Source: an uncultured delta proteobacterium (GTDB lineage: Bacteria > Desulfobacterota > Syntrophia > Syntrophales > UBA2192). Taken from it: a stretch of 64,000 nt of DNA. The stretch is from contig CAVPJD010000026.1 of assembly GCA_963705165.1 (NCBI GenBank), positions 1 through 64,000 on the forward strand, in the 5' to 3' direction. The position numbers and the translations under genes were made by a program. Below are positions 54,402 through 64,000 of the stretch, piece after piece (within the stretch, counting starts at the first letter, position 1; each line of letters opens with the position of its first letter). Under the pieces are notes generated by a model. The model made no database searches and was not told where the DNA came from. It saw only the letters and a program-made list of their open reading frames with translations.

Positions 54402-55643
54402 TCATTTCTGCAGAAACAGGTGAGCGTAAACCTTGGCGTTGCCCACCATGTTGGAAATCAGGCAGTACTCGTTGGGCTGGTGGGCCATGTGGCAATAACG
54501 CGACCAGACAGCCGCAGGGTAGTCGTGCTTGCGGAAAACAGCCGCTACGGTGCCCCCTCCGACCCCCTTCGGTTGTGCCGCGACACCGTACACATCCCGT
54601 ACGGCCTCTTTGAGGGCCAGGACCACAGGGGCATCGTGGGCCGTGGGCGCGGGGGCGTCGGATTTCTGCACCGGCATGAGCCCGATTCTCACGTCGAACT
54701 TCTTTTCGATATCGTCGGCCATGCCCCGGATCGTTGCCAGGACCGTGTCGACGGGGTAGTCCGGCAGAATCCTGCAGTCCAGGTAGAAGACGTCCTCCCC
54801 CGGGATCGTGTTCACGTTGGGGACATTGGCGTCCTTTTTGGTCGGTTCGAAGGTGCTCTCGGGGGGCTCGTAGAGAGGATCCCGGGCATGGTAGATCACG
54901 CCCAGTTCGTCGAGTCGGACCACGAGATGCGAAGCGGCCCGGAATGCGTTCTTGCCGAGAGCGGGGCGGCTGGCGTGGCACTGTTTGCCCGAGGTCTGGA
55001 TGCGAAGCCACAGCACGCTTTTTTCAGCCACCTCGATCATGGAGCCTTCCTCGTTGCCCGCGTCGGGCACGACGATGAGATCGGACCTGCGAAACCAGTC
55101 CCGGTTCGTTTCGAGGACATAGTCGAGACCGTAACCGCTCCCCGTCTCCTCGTCGGCGGCCAGCAGGACGGCGATGGATGACTCCGGCACGATTCCCTCG
55201 TCCAGGAATGCCTTTGCCGCAAACAGGGACGCCACAAGGTCCTGCTGGTTGTCCTCGGTGCCCCGTCCATAGACTTTACCGTCCCGGACGTAACCTTCGT
55301 AGGGGTCCCGCTCCCAGAGTTTCAATTCCCCCGGCGGCACGATGTCCGTGTGGGTCATGACCCACACCGTGCGATCGGGGTTTTTCCCCGGAATCCGCGC
55401 GATGAGGTTCGGCCTGAGGCCGGTAGTGACCCTTCCGTCGGGCGCATCGCAGCTCTCTACATGGGGAAAGCCCAGGTCGCGCAGGCAGCCGACGAGAAAC
55501 TTCGCCTTCTCCATCTCGCCGTCGCCCCCGTTTTCCGGCGCCAGGGCCGGAATGGCCGTCAGTGCGATCTGCAGACGGATCATATCCTTCTCATACCCTT
55601 CGATCCGTTTTGCGATCCTTTGAAAAATTCCGCTCTCGATCAT
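54402..55643 (-). CDS. M20 metallohydrolase (DapE/ArgE-like)
   Basis: HTDIVPPG, GRGTEDN, DEETG, GKQCHAS, AHQPNE. Confidence 0.88.
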   Translation of the reverse strand: MIESGIFQRIAKRIEGYEKDMIRLQIALTAIPALAPENGGDGEMEKAKFLVGCLRDLGFPHVESCDAPDGRVTTGLRPNLIARIPGKNPDRTVWVMTHTDIVPPGELKLWERDPYEGYVRDGKVYGRGTEDNQQDLVASLFAAKAFLDEGIVPESSIAVLLAADEETGSGYGLDYVLETNRDWFRRSDLIVVPDAGNEEGSMIEVAEKSVLWLRIQTSGKQCHASRPALGKNAFRAASHLVVRLDELGVIYHARDPLYEPPESTFEPTKKDANVPNVNTIPGEDVFYLDCRILPDYPVDTVLATIRGMADDIEKKFDVRIGLMPVQKSDAPAPTAHDAPVVLALKEAVRDVYGVAAQPKGVGGGTVAAVFRKHDYPAAVWSRYCHMAHQPNEYCLISNMVGNAKVYAHLFLQK

Positions 55644-55652
55644 ATCGCGCCT

Positions 55653-57074
55653 TCAGTTCACCCGTTTCACCGTGCCGAAAGATTTGAGGGCCTCATCGAA
55701 CTTGCTCTCGTCGCCGAGGACGAATACCGTCCTTCTTTCCGGGTCGAGATATTTCTCTGCGACCTTCAGGATATCTTCCCGGCTCACCGCATCAATCATC
55801 GAGGGATAGTCGGTCAGGAATTTTGTCGGTAACCCCAGGAACTCGAGCATCATGTACTGGAAAGCAATCATGTGGGGCGAGGTAAAGGAGAATATGTAGC
55901 TGTTCACGATGGATCGCTTCGCGAGGTGCAAATCCTGAGCCGGGACCCTCGATTCCCTGGCATCCTTCAGGATCCCTTCCATCAGAGAAAGGACCTGGCC
56001 CGTGGACTCCGATTTCGTCATCGCATAGGCCCCGAAGGAGCCGTAGCCCTGGCGTCCTTCGTAAAAGCTCCCCGCGCTGTATGCCAGTCCACGGTTGCTC
56101 CGGATTTCCTGAAAGATCCGGGAGCGGAAACCGCCGCTGCCCAGCAGGTAATCGAGAACCGTGAAGGGAAAGAAATCGGGCGACTCCTTTCCCGGGCCGA
56201 TGGCTCCAATGATCACCGTCGACTGGGGCACTTTCTTTTGAAAGAAGAAGAGGGGGGCGTTCTCCTGCGGTTTCGGGAGCGGCGCAGTCCCGAAGTCACC
56301 CTCGTCGTCCCAATCCCCGAAATGACGGCTGATCAGGTCGACGGCCTCCTGCTTCGAGATGTCACCCGTGACGGCAATCCGGAGGTTTCGAGGAAAGAAA
56401 TAGGACTTGTGGAACGACGCAAGATCATCCCGTTCGATCTTCTCGATGGATGCAATGACGGGCAAGCGCCCGCGTGGGTTGTCCGCGTAAATGGCTTTCT
56501 TGAATTCCCGGAATGCCAGCCTCTGGGGCTTGTCGAAAACCCTCCGAAGCTCCTCGATCTTGAGGTTCTTTTCCTGGTCGAGCTTTGCCTCGTCAAAGGT
56601 GGGAACCCGGATGATATCTGCAAAGATTTTGAAGGCCCGGTTCAAGTCCTTTTTCAATACAGAGAGGCTTCCCGTGCCGTATTCCATGCCCAGGCTGATG
56701 GAGATCGGGGCAGCAAGGTACTCCAGTTCTTCGTCGACCTTGTCTCCGGTGAGCTTGGCGGCACCTCCAGTACGCATGACGTCGCCCGTCATCTCGGCAA
56801 GCCCCTCCTTTCCGGGAGGCTCGAAGACGGAGCCGGCGCCGACGACGAAGGAAATATTGACCAGAGGCAGCTCCCGGTCCCCCATGTAGTATACGGTGAG
56901 ACCGTTCTCGAGAACGACCCTTTCCGGCTTGGGCGGCGAAAACTTGATCTCCTCGTAGCTAAGCCGGTCAGGGTCCGCCCAGGACGCAGGCTTTGGCTGT
57001 TCAACTTGCTCGGCCAGGCCGAGACCCGTTGAAATCAGCAGGATGACAAGACTGAGGACAAGGGTTCTTTTCAC
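55653..57074 (-). CDS. M16 peptidase-like protein, non-catalytic subunit
   Basis: Signal peptide, LENGL, no HxxEH, SRIFQEIR..RGLAY. Confidence 0.85.
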   Translation of the reverse strand: MKRTLVLSLVILLISTGLGLAEQVEQPKPASWADPDRLSYEEIKFSPPKPERVVLENGLTVYYMGDRELPLVNISFVVGAGSVFEPPGKEGLAEMTGDVMRTGGAAKLTGDKVDEELEYLAAPISISLGMEYGTGSLSVLKKDLNRAFKIFADIIRVPTFDEAKLDQEKNLKIEELRRVFDKPQRLAFREFKKAIYADNPRGRLPVIASIEKIERDDLASFHKSYFFPRNLRIAVTGDISKQEAVDLISRHFGDWDDEGDFGTAPLPKPQENAPLFFFQKKVPQSTVIIGAIGPGKESPDFFPFTVLDYLLGSGGFRSRIFQEIRSNRGLAYSAGSFYEGRQGYGSFGAYAMTKSESTGQVLSLMEGILKDARESRVPAQDLHLAKRSIVNSYIFSFTSPHMIAFQYMMLEFLGLPTKFLTDYPSMIDAVSREDILKVAEKYLDPERRTVFVLGDESKFDEALKSFGTVKRVN

Positions 57075-58600
57075 GGCTTCTCCTTCTTCTTCAGGACGGC
57101 CACGGTGCGGTTCTCTTCGGTCAGGTATTTCTTTGCCGCCGCCATGATGTCCTTTGGCGTGACCTTTTCGATCATCTCGACGTATCGAGTCATATATCGA
57201 TAATCGCCTGTAATGATCTCATAGTAGGACAGCCGGCTCGCCAGGCCGGAATTCGAGCTGAGATCGCGGATGAATTCCGCCCGAAGCTGGTTGATGATCT
57301 TCTCCAGTTCCTGCTTCTTCACCGGTTCCTTTTTGAGCTTGTCGATCTCTTCGTATACGGCCTGTTCCAGTTCTTCCGCAGTGTGGGGGTGTCGAGGTGT
57401 CCCCGTGACCATGAAGAGATTGGAATAGCGGGCTGCCGGCATCCCGTTGGCGGCACTCACGTCCTCGGCGATCTGCTTGCCCTGAACGATGGATCGGTGG
57501 AAGCGGGAGGTTCGGCCCTTTGAAAGGAGGGCTTCAATGACTTCGAATACATAGTCTTCGAACGAGGGGAGGGTCGGTTTGTGCCAACCGATGATGAGAT
57601 GCGGGTTTGCCTCGGCGACGAGTTCCATCCTTTTCTCCCCGCCTTGCGTCGGCTCCTTGGTCACATGATGACTTTCAAGCTTGTGTGAGGGGATGGAGCC
57701 GAAATATTTTTTTACAATCTCAAGCGTTTTCGCCGTATTGATGTCTCCCACGATGGCGATGACCGTGTTGTTCGGTGAATGGTATTGCTTGAAGAAGGCC
57801 TCCAGATAGTCCGGCGTAAGAAAGGATATATCCGACGCCCACCCGATGATGGGCCGCCGGTATGGGCTGGCGGTGAAGGCCGTGGCCAGGAACAGCTCCA
57901 TCAGCTTGCGGGAGGGGACCGACTCGTAGGTCTGGCGGCGCTCCTCCTGGACGACATCGCGCTCCGTGTAGAACTCCCTCAGTACAGGGTTCGTCATCCG
58001 GTCGGCCTCAATGCGGGCCCAGAGTTCGATCCGGTTCGCCGGCAGGCTCACCTGGTAGGTCGTTACATCCTGACCCGTCGAGGCATTGAGGCCCACAGCC
58101 CCGCTTTCCGAGTAGAGCCGATCGATCTCGTTTTCGACGATCCACTCCTTGGCCTCGCTCTGGAGCTCCTTGAGCTCCTTCGCCAGTCTCGTCACCTCGG
58201 CCTCGTCGGCACGGGCCCCTTTCATCCGTTCGCGGTCAAGCGCCGTCCCCGTCTCGCGTATTTTTTTCAGGACTCTCTCTTCTTCCCTGAAGTTCTTTGC
58301 CCCGATGGTCGACGTGCCCTTGAAGAGCATATGCTCGAGAAAATGGGCGGCGCCCGTCTTGCCCTCTCCATCGTCGACAGCACCCACCAGGTAGCGGATG
58401 TAGAGGGATACGGTGGGGCTCGTGTGCCGTTCCACCAACAGGACGCGCAGACCGTTTTCCAGGGTGACCCTCTGGACGCGATCTTCCAGGTTGTAGGCAT
58501 GAAGCGCGCCGGGTGATGCGGTAAGAAGAACCGCCCCCAGCAGAAGGAAGGTTACAAAACGACGGGAAACGGCTTTGGGGCCTTGACTCGATACACTCAT
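57071..58600 (-). CDS. M16 zinc peptidase, catalytic subunit
   Basis: Signal peptide, AHFLEHMLFKG (HxxEH), NAST, ERDVVQEERR. Confidence 0.9.
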   Translation of the reverse strand: MSVSSQGPKAVSRRFVTFLLLGAVLLTASPGALHAYNLEDRVQRVTLENGLRVLLVERHTSPTVSLYIRYLVGAVDDGEGKTGAAHFLEHMLFKGTSTIGAKNFREEERVLKKIRETGTALDRERMKGARADEAEVTRLAKELKELQSEAKEWIVENEIDRLYSESGAVGLNASTGQDVTTYQVSLPANRIELWARIEADRMTNPVLREFYTERDVVQEERRQTYESVPSRKLMELFLATAFTASPYRRPIIGWASDISFLTPDYLEAFFKQYHSPNNTVIAIVGDINTAKTLEIVKKYFGSIPSHKLESHHVTKEPTQGGEKRMELVAEANPHLIIGWHKPTLPSFEDYVFEVIEALLSKGRTSRFHRSIVQGKQIAEDVSAANGMPAARYSNLFMVTGTPRHPHTAEELEQAVYEEIDKLKKEPVKKQELEKIINQLRAEFIRDLSSNSGLASRLSYYEIITGDYRYMTRYVEMIEKVTPKDIMAAAKKYLTEENRTVAVLKKKEKP

Positions 58601-58821
58601 GAGGGTCTGTCTTTCTCCTTGCAGATTCTCCAGAGGCGAAAGGCCGCATAAAGAATGCCTGCGCCGCTGATGAGGATGATGAAATTGGACGAGAAAAAGA
58701 GCATGATGAACTCCTGAGGATTCTTCAGGCCGTAAGCGGAAAGCAGAAGGGTGATCCCCCAGAACAGAAAGAACGAAGAAACGACTCCGATCAGGATGTC
58801 TCTAATGCACAGGATCATCAT
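58597..58821 (-). CDS. Small two-TM hypothetical membrane protein
   Basis: Two hydrophobic helices; 4 bp overlap with the M16 gene. Confidence 0.65.
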   Translation of the reverse strand: MMILCIRDILIGVVSSFFLFWGITLLLSAYGLKNPQEFIMLFFSSNFIILISGAGILYAAFRLWRICKEKDRPS

Positions 58822-58922
58822 AAACGTTTGCGCCGGCTTTCCCGGTTGGTCCGGAACCCCCTGCCTGGGCAGGGTAATTTTTCGGTCATTATGACGAAGC
58901 GGGCGGAAAAATTCAATCTATT

Positions 58923-60296
58923 TCAATGGGATCCCCTTTCCTGCAGGCCAAGCCTCGTGCGGCTTTTCAAAGCCTGAAAGTCCGCCGTCGAGATGTCTGG
59001 CCTCAAACAGGGAAGAAGGGAGTTGTTGTGGAACAGGGGCTCTTTCCCGATATCGTACCGGGAGTGTCGGAGGGCCTCGCCCCAGAGGGGTGTGCCGGGA
59101 ATCGGTGAATACTCGGCGAGGATCGGTTTTGCCCCGATTCCCCGCACAAGGTCGATACCCGTTTCGATTTCCCTCGCTTCCTGCCCCGGAAGGCCGCAGA
59201 GCAAATAGACGCCGATGTCCGCCCGCCCGTAGCCCGCTTCCTGCAGGTACGCAACGGACTGGCGGAGCTCTTCTGTCGTTATCTTGCCCCCCGTTGCCGC
59301 CTGCCTCGACGCTGAAGCGCTCTCGAAGCCGAAACGTATCGTCCGAAATCCGGCCCCGAAGAGAAGCTTCGCCAGGCGGGGGGTAATCTCCCGGAGGTGC
59401 AGGCCGTTGGGGCAGTGGAAATTTACCTCCAGGCCCCGTCGAAGAACCTCTTCGAGCATCGGGACAGCCCTGTCCGTCGAGTTCACCAGCAGGGCGTCAT
59501 CATAGAAGACAAAATTCCGGACACCGCGGGTCCGGCTCCAGTGTTCGATTTCGTCGACGACCCGGAAGGGGTCCCGGATCCGGAATCCCCGGTTGAGGAG
59601 GTTTGAGGCGCAGTAGCTGCACCGATAAGGACAGCCCCTGGATGTCAGGATGGGGACCGCATCCAACTGGCCGATGAGATCCAGGGCAGGGTAAGGGTAG
59701 CTGTCGAGAGCGCTTCCGTCGAAGGCGAAATCGATTCGGGCGCCGAACAGATCCCCGAGAACGGGGGGCAGCGCAAACTCCCCGTCGCCGGCTATGACGA
59801 CATCGGCCCCCGAGAAGGCCCGGGCGTGATCCGTGCAAAGGGTCGCATAGTTCCCGCCCAGAAGGACCGTTACGCCGGGCCACACCGTCCGGACTTCCCT
59901 GATGGCCTCGACGACACCGGGGTACCAGTAGGTCATCATGGAACCGACCAGGACGAGGTCGGGCCTGCCGGCGGTTGCAAGAATCTGCTGGAGCTCTTTC
60001 GGTGACAGGCCGTACCGACGGTACCGCCTGCGGATCGGCCGGAGTGCCTCCGGCTTCGGAATCTCCTCGCTGGGAAACTTTCCGCAACCCCAATCTTGAC
60101 GCTTCCGGGTCCCGGGTTGACCCCTTGGAGCCCAACCCGTTGGAAAGGAATTCAGGCAATCGATCATCTGAACCTTGAAACCGGACTGGCGCAGGAGTGC
60201 TGCCAGAGTGAGAAGACCCAGCGGCCTCACCCAGAAATCATAAGCGGAAAAGTCATGAATCCATGGGTTAATGAGGTAAATCTTTTTATTCTGCAT
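58923..60296 (-). CDS. Cobalamin-binding-domain radical SAM protein
   Basis: INPW..PLGL, LGGNYATL, TSRGCPYRCSYC, FYDDAL, GFES. Confidence 0.85.
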   Translation of the reverse strand: MQNKKIYLINPWIHDFSAYDFWVRPLGLLTLAALLRQSGFKVQMIDCLNSFPTGWAPRGQPGTRKRQDWGCGKFPSEEIPKPEALRPIRRRYRRYGLSPKELQQILATAGRPDLVLVGSMMTYWYPGVVEAIREVRTVWPGVTVLLGGNYATLCTDHARAFSGADVVIAGDGEFALPPVLGDLFGARIDFAFDGSALDSYPYPALDLIGQLDAVPILTSRGCPYRCSYCASNLLNRGFRIRDPFRVVDEIEHWSRTRGVRNFVFYDDALLVNSTDRAVPMLEEVLRRGLEVNFHCPNGLHLREITPRLAKLLFGAGFRTIRFGFESASASRQAATGGKITTEELRQSVAYLQEAGYGRADIGVYLLCGLPGQEAREIETGIDLVRGIGAKPILAEYSPIPGTPLWGEALRHSRYDIGKEPLFHNNSLLPCLRPDISTADFQALKSRTRLGLQERGSH

Positions 60297-60477
60297 CCGT
60301 GTTCAATGCGCCTGCGTCCCTGATTTCAGGATACGGGAGTATATCAAAGGAACCCGAACACGGCAAGAAGCGACACTTTTTCCAGAAAAGGCTTGAAGGG
60401 AAAAAGGATAATTGCTAACATGCCGCAACGACCGACAGGGGGTCCCGAACGGCTGAAGCCTTCCGCCGTGCGGTCTT

Positions 60478-60933
60478 ATGAAAGCCGTCATCCAGAGAGT
60501 CGACAGTGCATCGGTAAGCATCGACGGGATTGAGATCTCGCGCATTGGCGCGGGGCTTCTCGTCCTGCTCGGGGTCGAGAAGGGTGACGGCGAGAAGGAC
60601 GCCGATTTTCTCCTCGACAAGATGATCCACCTGCGCATTTTCGAGGATGACGAGGGGAAGATGAACCTTTCCCTTCTCGATGTATCCGGCGAACTCCTCG
60701 TGGTGTCTCAGTTTACCCTGCTGGCGGACTGCCGCAAAGGGAGGAGACCCTCCTTCACGGATGCAGCCGAACCGGCTGCGGCCACAAAGCTCTATGAATA
60801 CATGCTCTCAAAGGCGAGGGAGAAGGTGACGAAGGTCGGGCAGGGGCAGTTCCAGGCCATGATGAAAGTGGGACTCGTCAACCATGGGCCGGTCACAATC
60901 CTTTTGGACAGCAGGAGAGAAGAGAAAAGGTGA
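60478..60933 (+). CDS. dtd: D-aminoacyl-tRNA deacylase
   Basis: MKAVIQRV, SQFTL, GRRPSF, NHGPVT. Confidence 0.96.
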   Translation: MKAVIQRVDSASVSIDGIEISRIGAGLLVLLGVEKGDGEKDADFLLDKMIHLRIFEDDEGKMNLSLLDVSGELLVVSQFTLLADCRKGRRPSFTDAAEPAAATKLYEYMLSKAREKVTKVGQGQFQAMMKVGLVNHGPVTILLDSRREEKR

Positions 60934-61421
60934 CAATAAAGATCAAAGCGGATGAGCTTCCTCCCAGCTTTATCCGTATCGACAAGGAGGGGGTCTGGTA
61001 CTACAAGGGCAACGAGATGTTTCGCAAGGACATCGTGAAGCTCTTTTACCAGAACCTGAAGCGGGACGAATCGGGGAGTTACTACATCGATCTCGAAAAC
61101 GACCTGGCGTCCCTCGACGTGGAGGACACGGCCTATGTCGTAACAGCCGTCAACAAACTCGGGTCCCCGGCCGAGGGCAACGAGCGGATCTCCGTGCTGC
61201 TGAATGACGAAACCCTGGAGGAACTGAATTGCAAGTCCCTCCGGATCGGAAAAGATAACATTCTGTATTGTACCGTCAAATCCGACGGCCATGAAGCCCG
61301 GTTCCTGCGGACAAGCTACTACCAGATCGCAGAGTTTTTCGACTACGACGATGCCGGGGATTGCTATTTCCTGCCCCTGAACGGCACGCGGTATCCCATC
61401 AAGGATCACGGCAGTCACTGA
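60930..61421 (+). CDS. DUF1285-like hypothetical protein
   Basis: IRIDKEGVWYY.G, VEDTAY, ARF..YYQ. Confidence 0.7.
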   Translation: MTIKIKADELPPSFIRIDKEGVWYYKGNEMFRKDIVKLFYQNLKRDESGSYYIDLENDLASLDVEDTAYVVTAVNKLGSPAEGNERISVLLNDETLEELNCKSLRIGKDNILYCTVKSDGHEARFLRTSYYQIAEFFDYDDAGDCYFLPLNGTRYPIKDHGSH

Positions 61422-61462
61422 CCCCCGGGCAGGAATGTGGCGCAAATCCCTTTCCTGAATAG

Positions 61463-62944
<1,482 letters not shown>

Positions 62945-62977
62945 GTGCTCATCCGTCAGCGTCTCCAGGCATGATCA

Positions 62978-63015
62978 AGAGGCGGGGGTTACCGGTTTGG
63001 AACCCCGCTTTTTTG
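62978..63015 (+). terminator. Terminator after guaB
   Basis: GCGGGGGTT..AACCCCGC-TTTTTT. Confidence 0.75.
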
Positions 63016-63119
63016 TTGCTCAATGATTGATTTTTCTCACACGACCGGTGTATGATCAACTGGACAGCCTGGCGATCACTTCACATATATATCATTTTAA
63101 ATCAGTGGGTTAACACTTC

Positions 63120-64000
63120 ATGAAGCACGTCGATTTCGTCCATCTTCATAACCACACCCAGTACAGTCTCCTGGACGGTACCATCCGTCTTGCCGACCTG
63201 TTCAAGAAGGCCCGGGACTACAAGATGCCCGCCGTTGCCATCACGGACCACGGCAACATGTACGGAGCCGTTGATTTCTACCAGCAGGCTTACAAGGCCG
63301 GGATCAAGCCCATCATCGGATGCGAACTTTACGTGGCGCCGAAGAGCCGGTTCGACAAAGCCTCCGAGGGACCGGGGGAGACGGCGCGGCACCTGATCGT
63401 CCTGGCCAAAAACCTTCAGGGTTACCGGAACCTGATCAAGCTCACCTCTTCCGGATTTCTCGAGGGATTCTACTACCGCCCGCGCGTCGACAAGGAGCTC
63501 CTGGCAAAGCACAGCGAGGGGCTCATTGCCACGAGTGCCTGTCTGCACGGAGAGGTCGCCGACGGGATCCTCAAAGGGGATATCGAAAGGGCCAAGGCAT
63601 CGGCGAGGCAGTATCGCGAGATCTTCGGCGAGGGGAATTACTACCTCGAGATGATGGAGAACGGAATTCCCGAACAATCCCTCGTCAATGAAAAACTGAT
63701 GGAAATCTCTAAGGAATTGTCTATCCCCCTCGTTGCGACCAACGATTGCCACTACCTCGAGCGGACCGACTCCGAGGCCCACGAGGTTCTCCTGTGCATC
63801 CAGACGGGCAAGAACATGGACGACACGGGGCGCATGCGGTTCGCAACGGACGCCTTCTATCTCAAATCGCCCGACGAGATGAAACAGCTTTTCGCGTATT
63901 GCCCGGAAGCCATCGAGAACACGGTTGCCATCGCCGAGAAGTGCAATCTCAAACTCGACTTCAACCAGATATTCCTGCCGCACTTCGAAATCGGTCAGGG
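63120..64000 (+). CDS. dnaE: DNA polymerase III alpha subunit, 3' truncated by the window edge
   Basis: Manual translation MKHVDFVHLHNHTQYSLLDG..AITDHGNMYG..KPIIGCE..VATNDCHY. Confidence 0.95.
   Translation, partial: MKHVDFVHLHNHTQYSLLDGTIRLADLFKKARDYKMPAVAITDHGNMYGAVDFYQQAYKAGIKPIIGCELYVAPKSRFDKASEGPGETARHLIVLAKNLQGYRNLIKLTSSGFLEGFYYRPRVDKELLAKHSEGLIATSACLHGEVADGILKGDIERAKASARQYREIFGEGNYYLEMMENGIPEQSLVNEKLMEISKELSIPLVATNDCHYLERTDSEAHEVLLCIQTGKNMDDTGRMRFATDAFYLKSPDEMKQLFAYCPEAIENTVAIAEKCNLKLDFNQIFLPHFEIGQ

Overview
GC-rich bacterial chromosome segment whose gene content and order suggest Deltaproteobacteria/Desulfobacterota (Syntrophales-like; inference). It is mostly housekeeping: rsmA, panCD, a divergent metK with ahcY, lptFG, lpxH, speB-pdaD, panG-panB, tilS-ftsH-folP-acpS-tsaE-lysC, carB, tig-clpP-clpX-lon, corC-lnt-prfB (+1 frameshift), mltD, phoH-ybeY, an M16 protease pair, dtd, guaB, the start of dnaE, and 5 tRNAs. 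Six items stand out. (1) A four-gene cluster (KamA-type aminomutase, two Ddl-like ATP-grasp ligases, GNAT) that looks like an uncharacterised beta-lysine conjugation pathway. (2) A NifB/NifX-family gene missed by the ORF track because of an in-frame TGA followed by a hairpin, a candidate selenoprotein. (3) A sigma54 two-component system whose activator has two tandem HTH domains, next to twin secreted Lys/Ala/Glu/Pro-rich proteins whose promoters have identical sigma54/IHF/enhancer spacing. (4) Two copies of a pan-motif-like leader RNA with attenuator architecture. (5) A nested MITE/REP-like element. (6) Dispersed 7-8 nt tandem repeats at gene ends. No CRISPR array, prophage or transposase was seen. 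All family assignments are by eye; no database searches were run.
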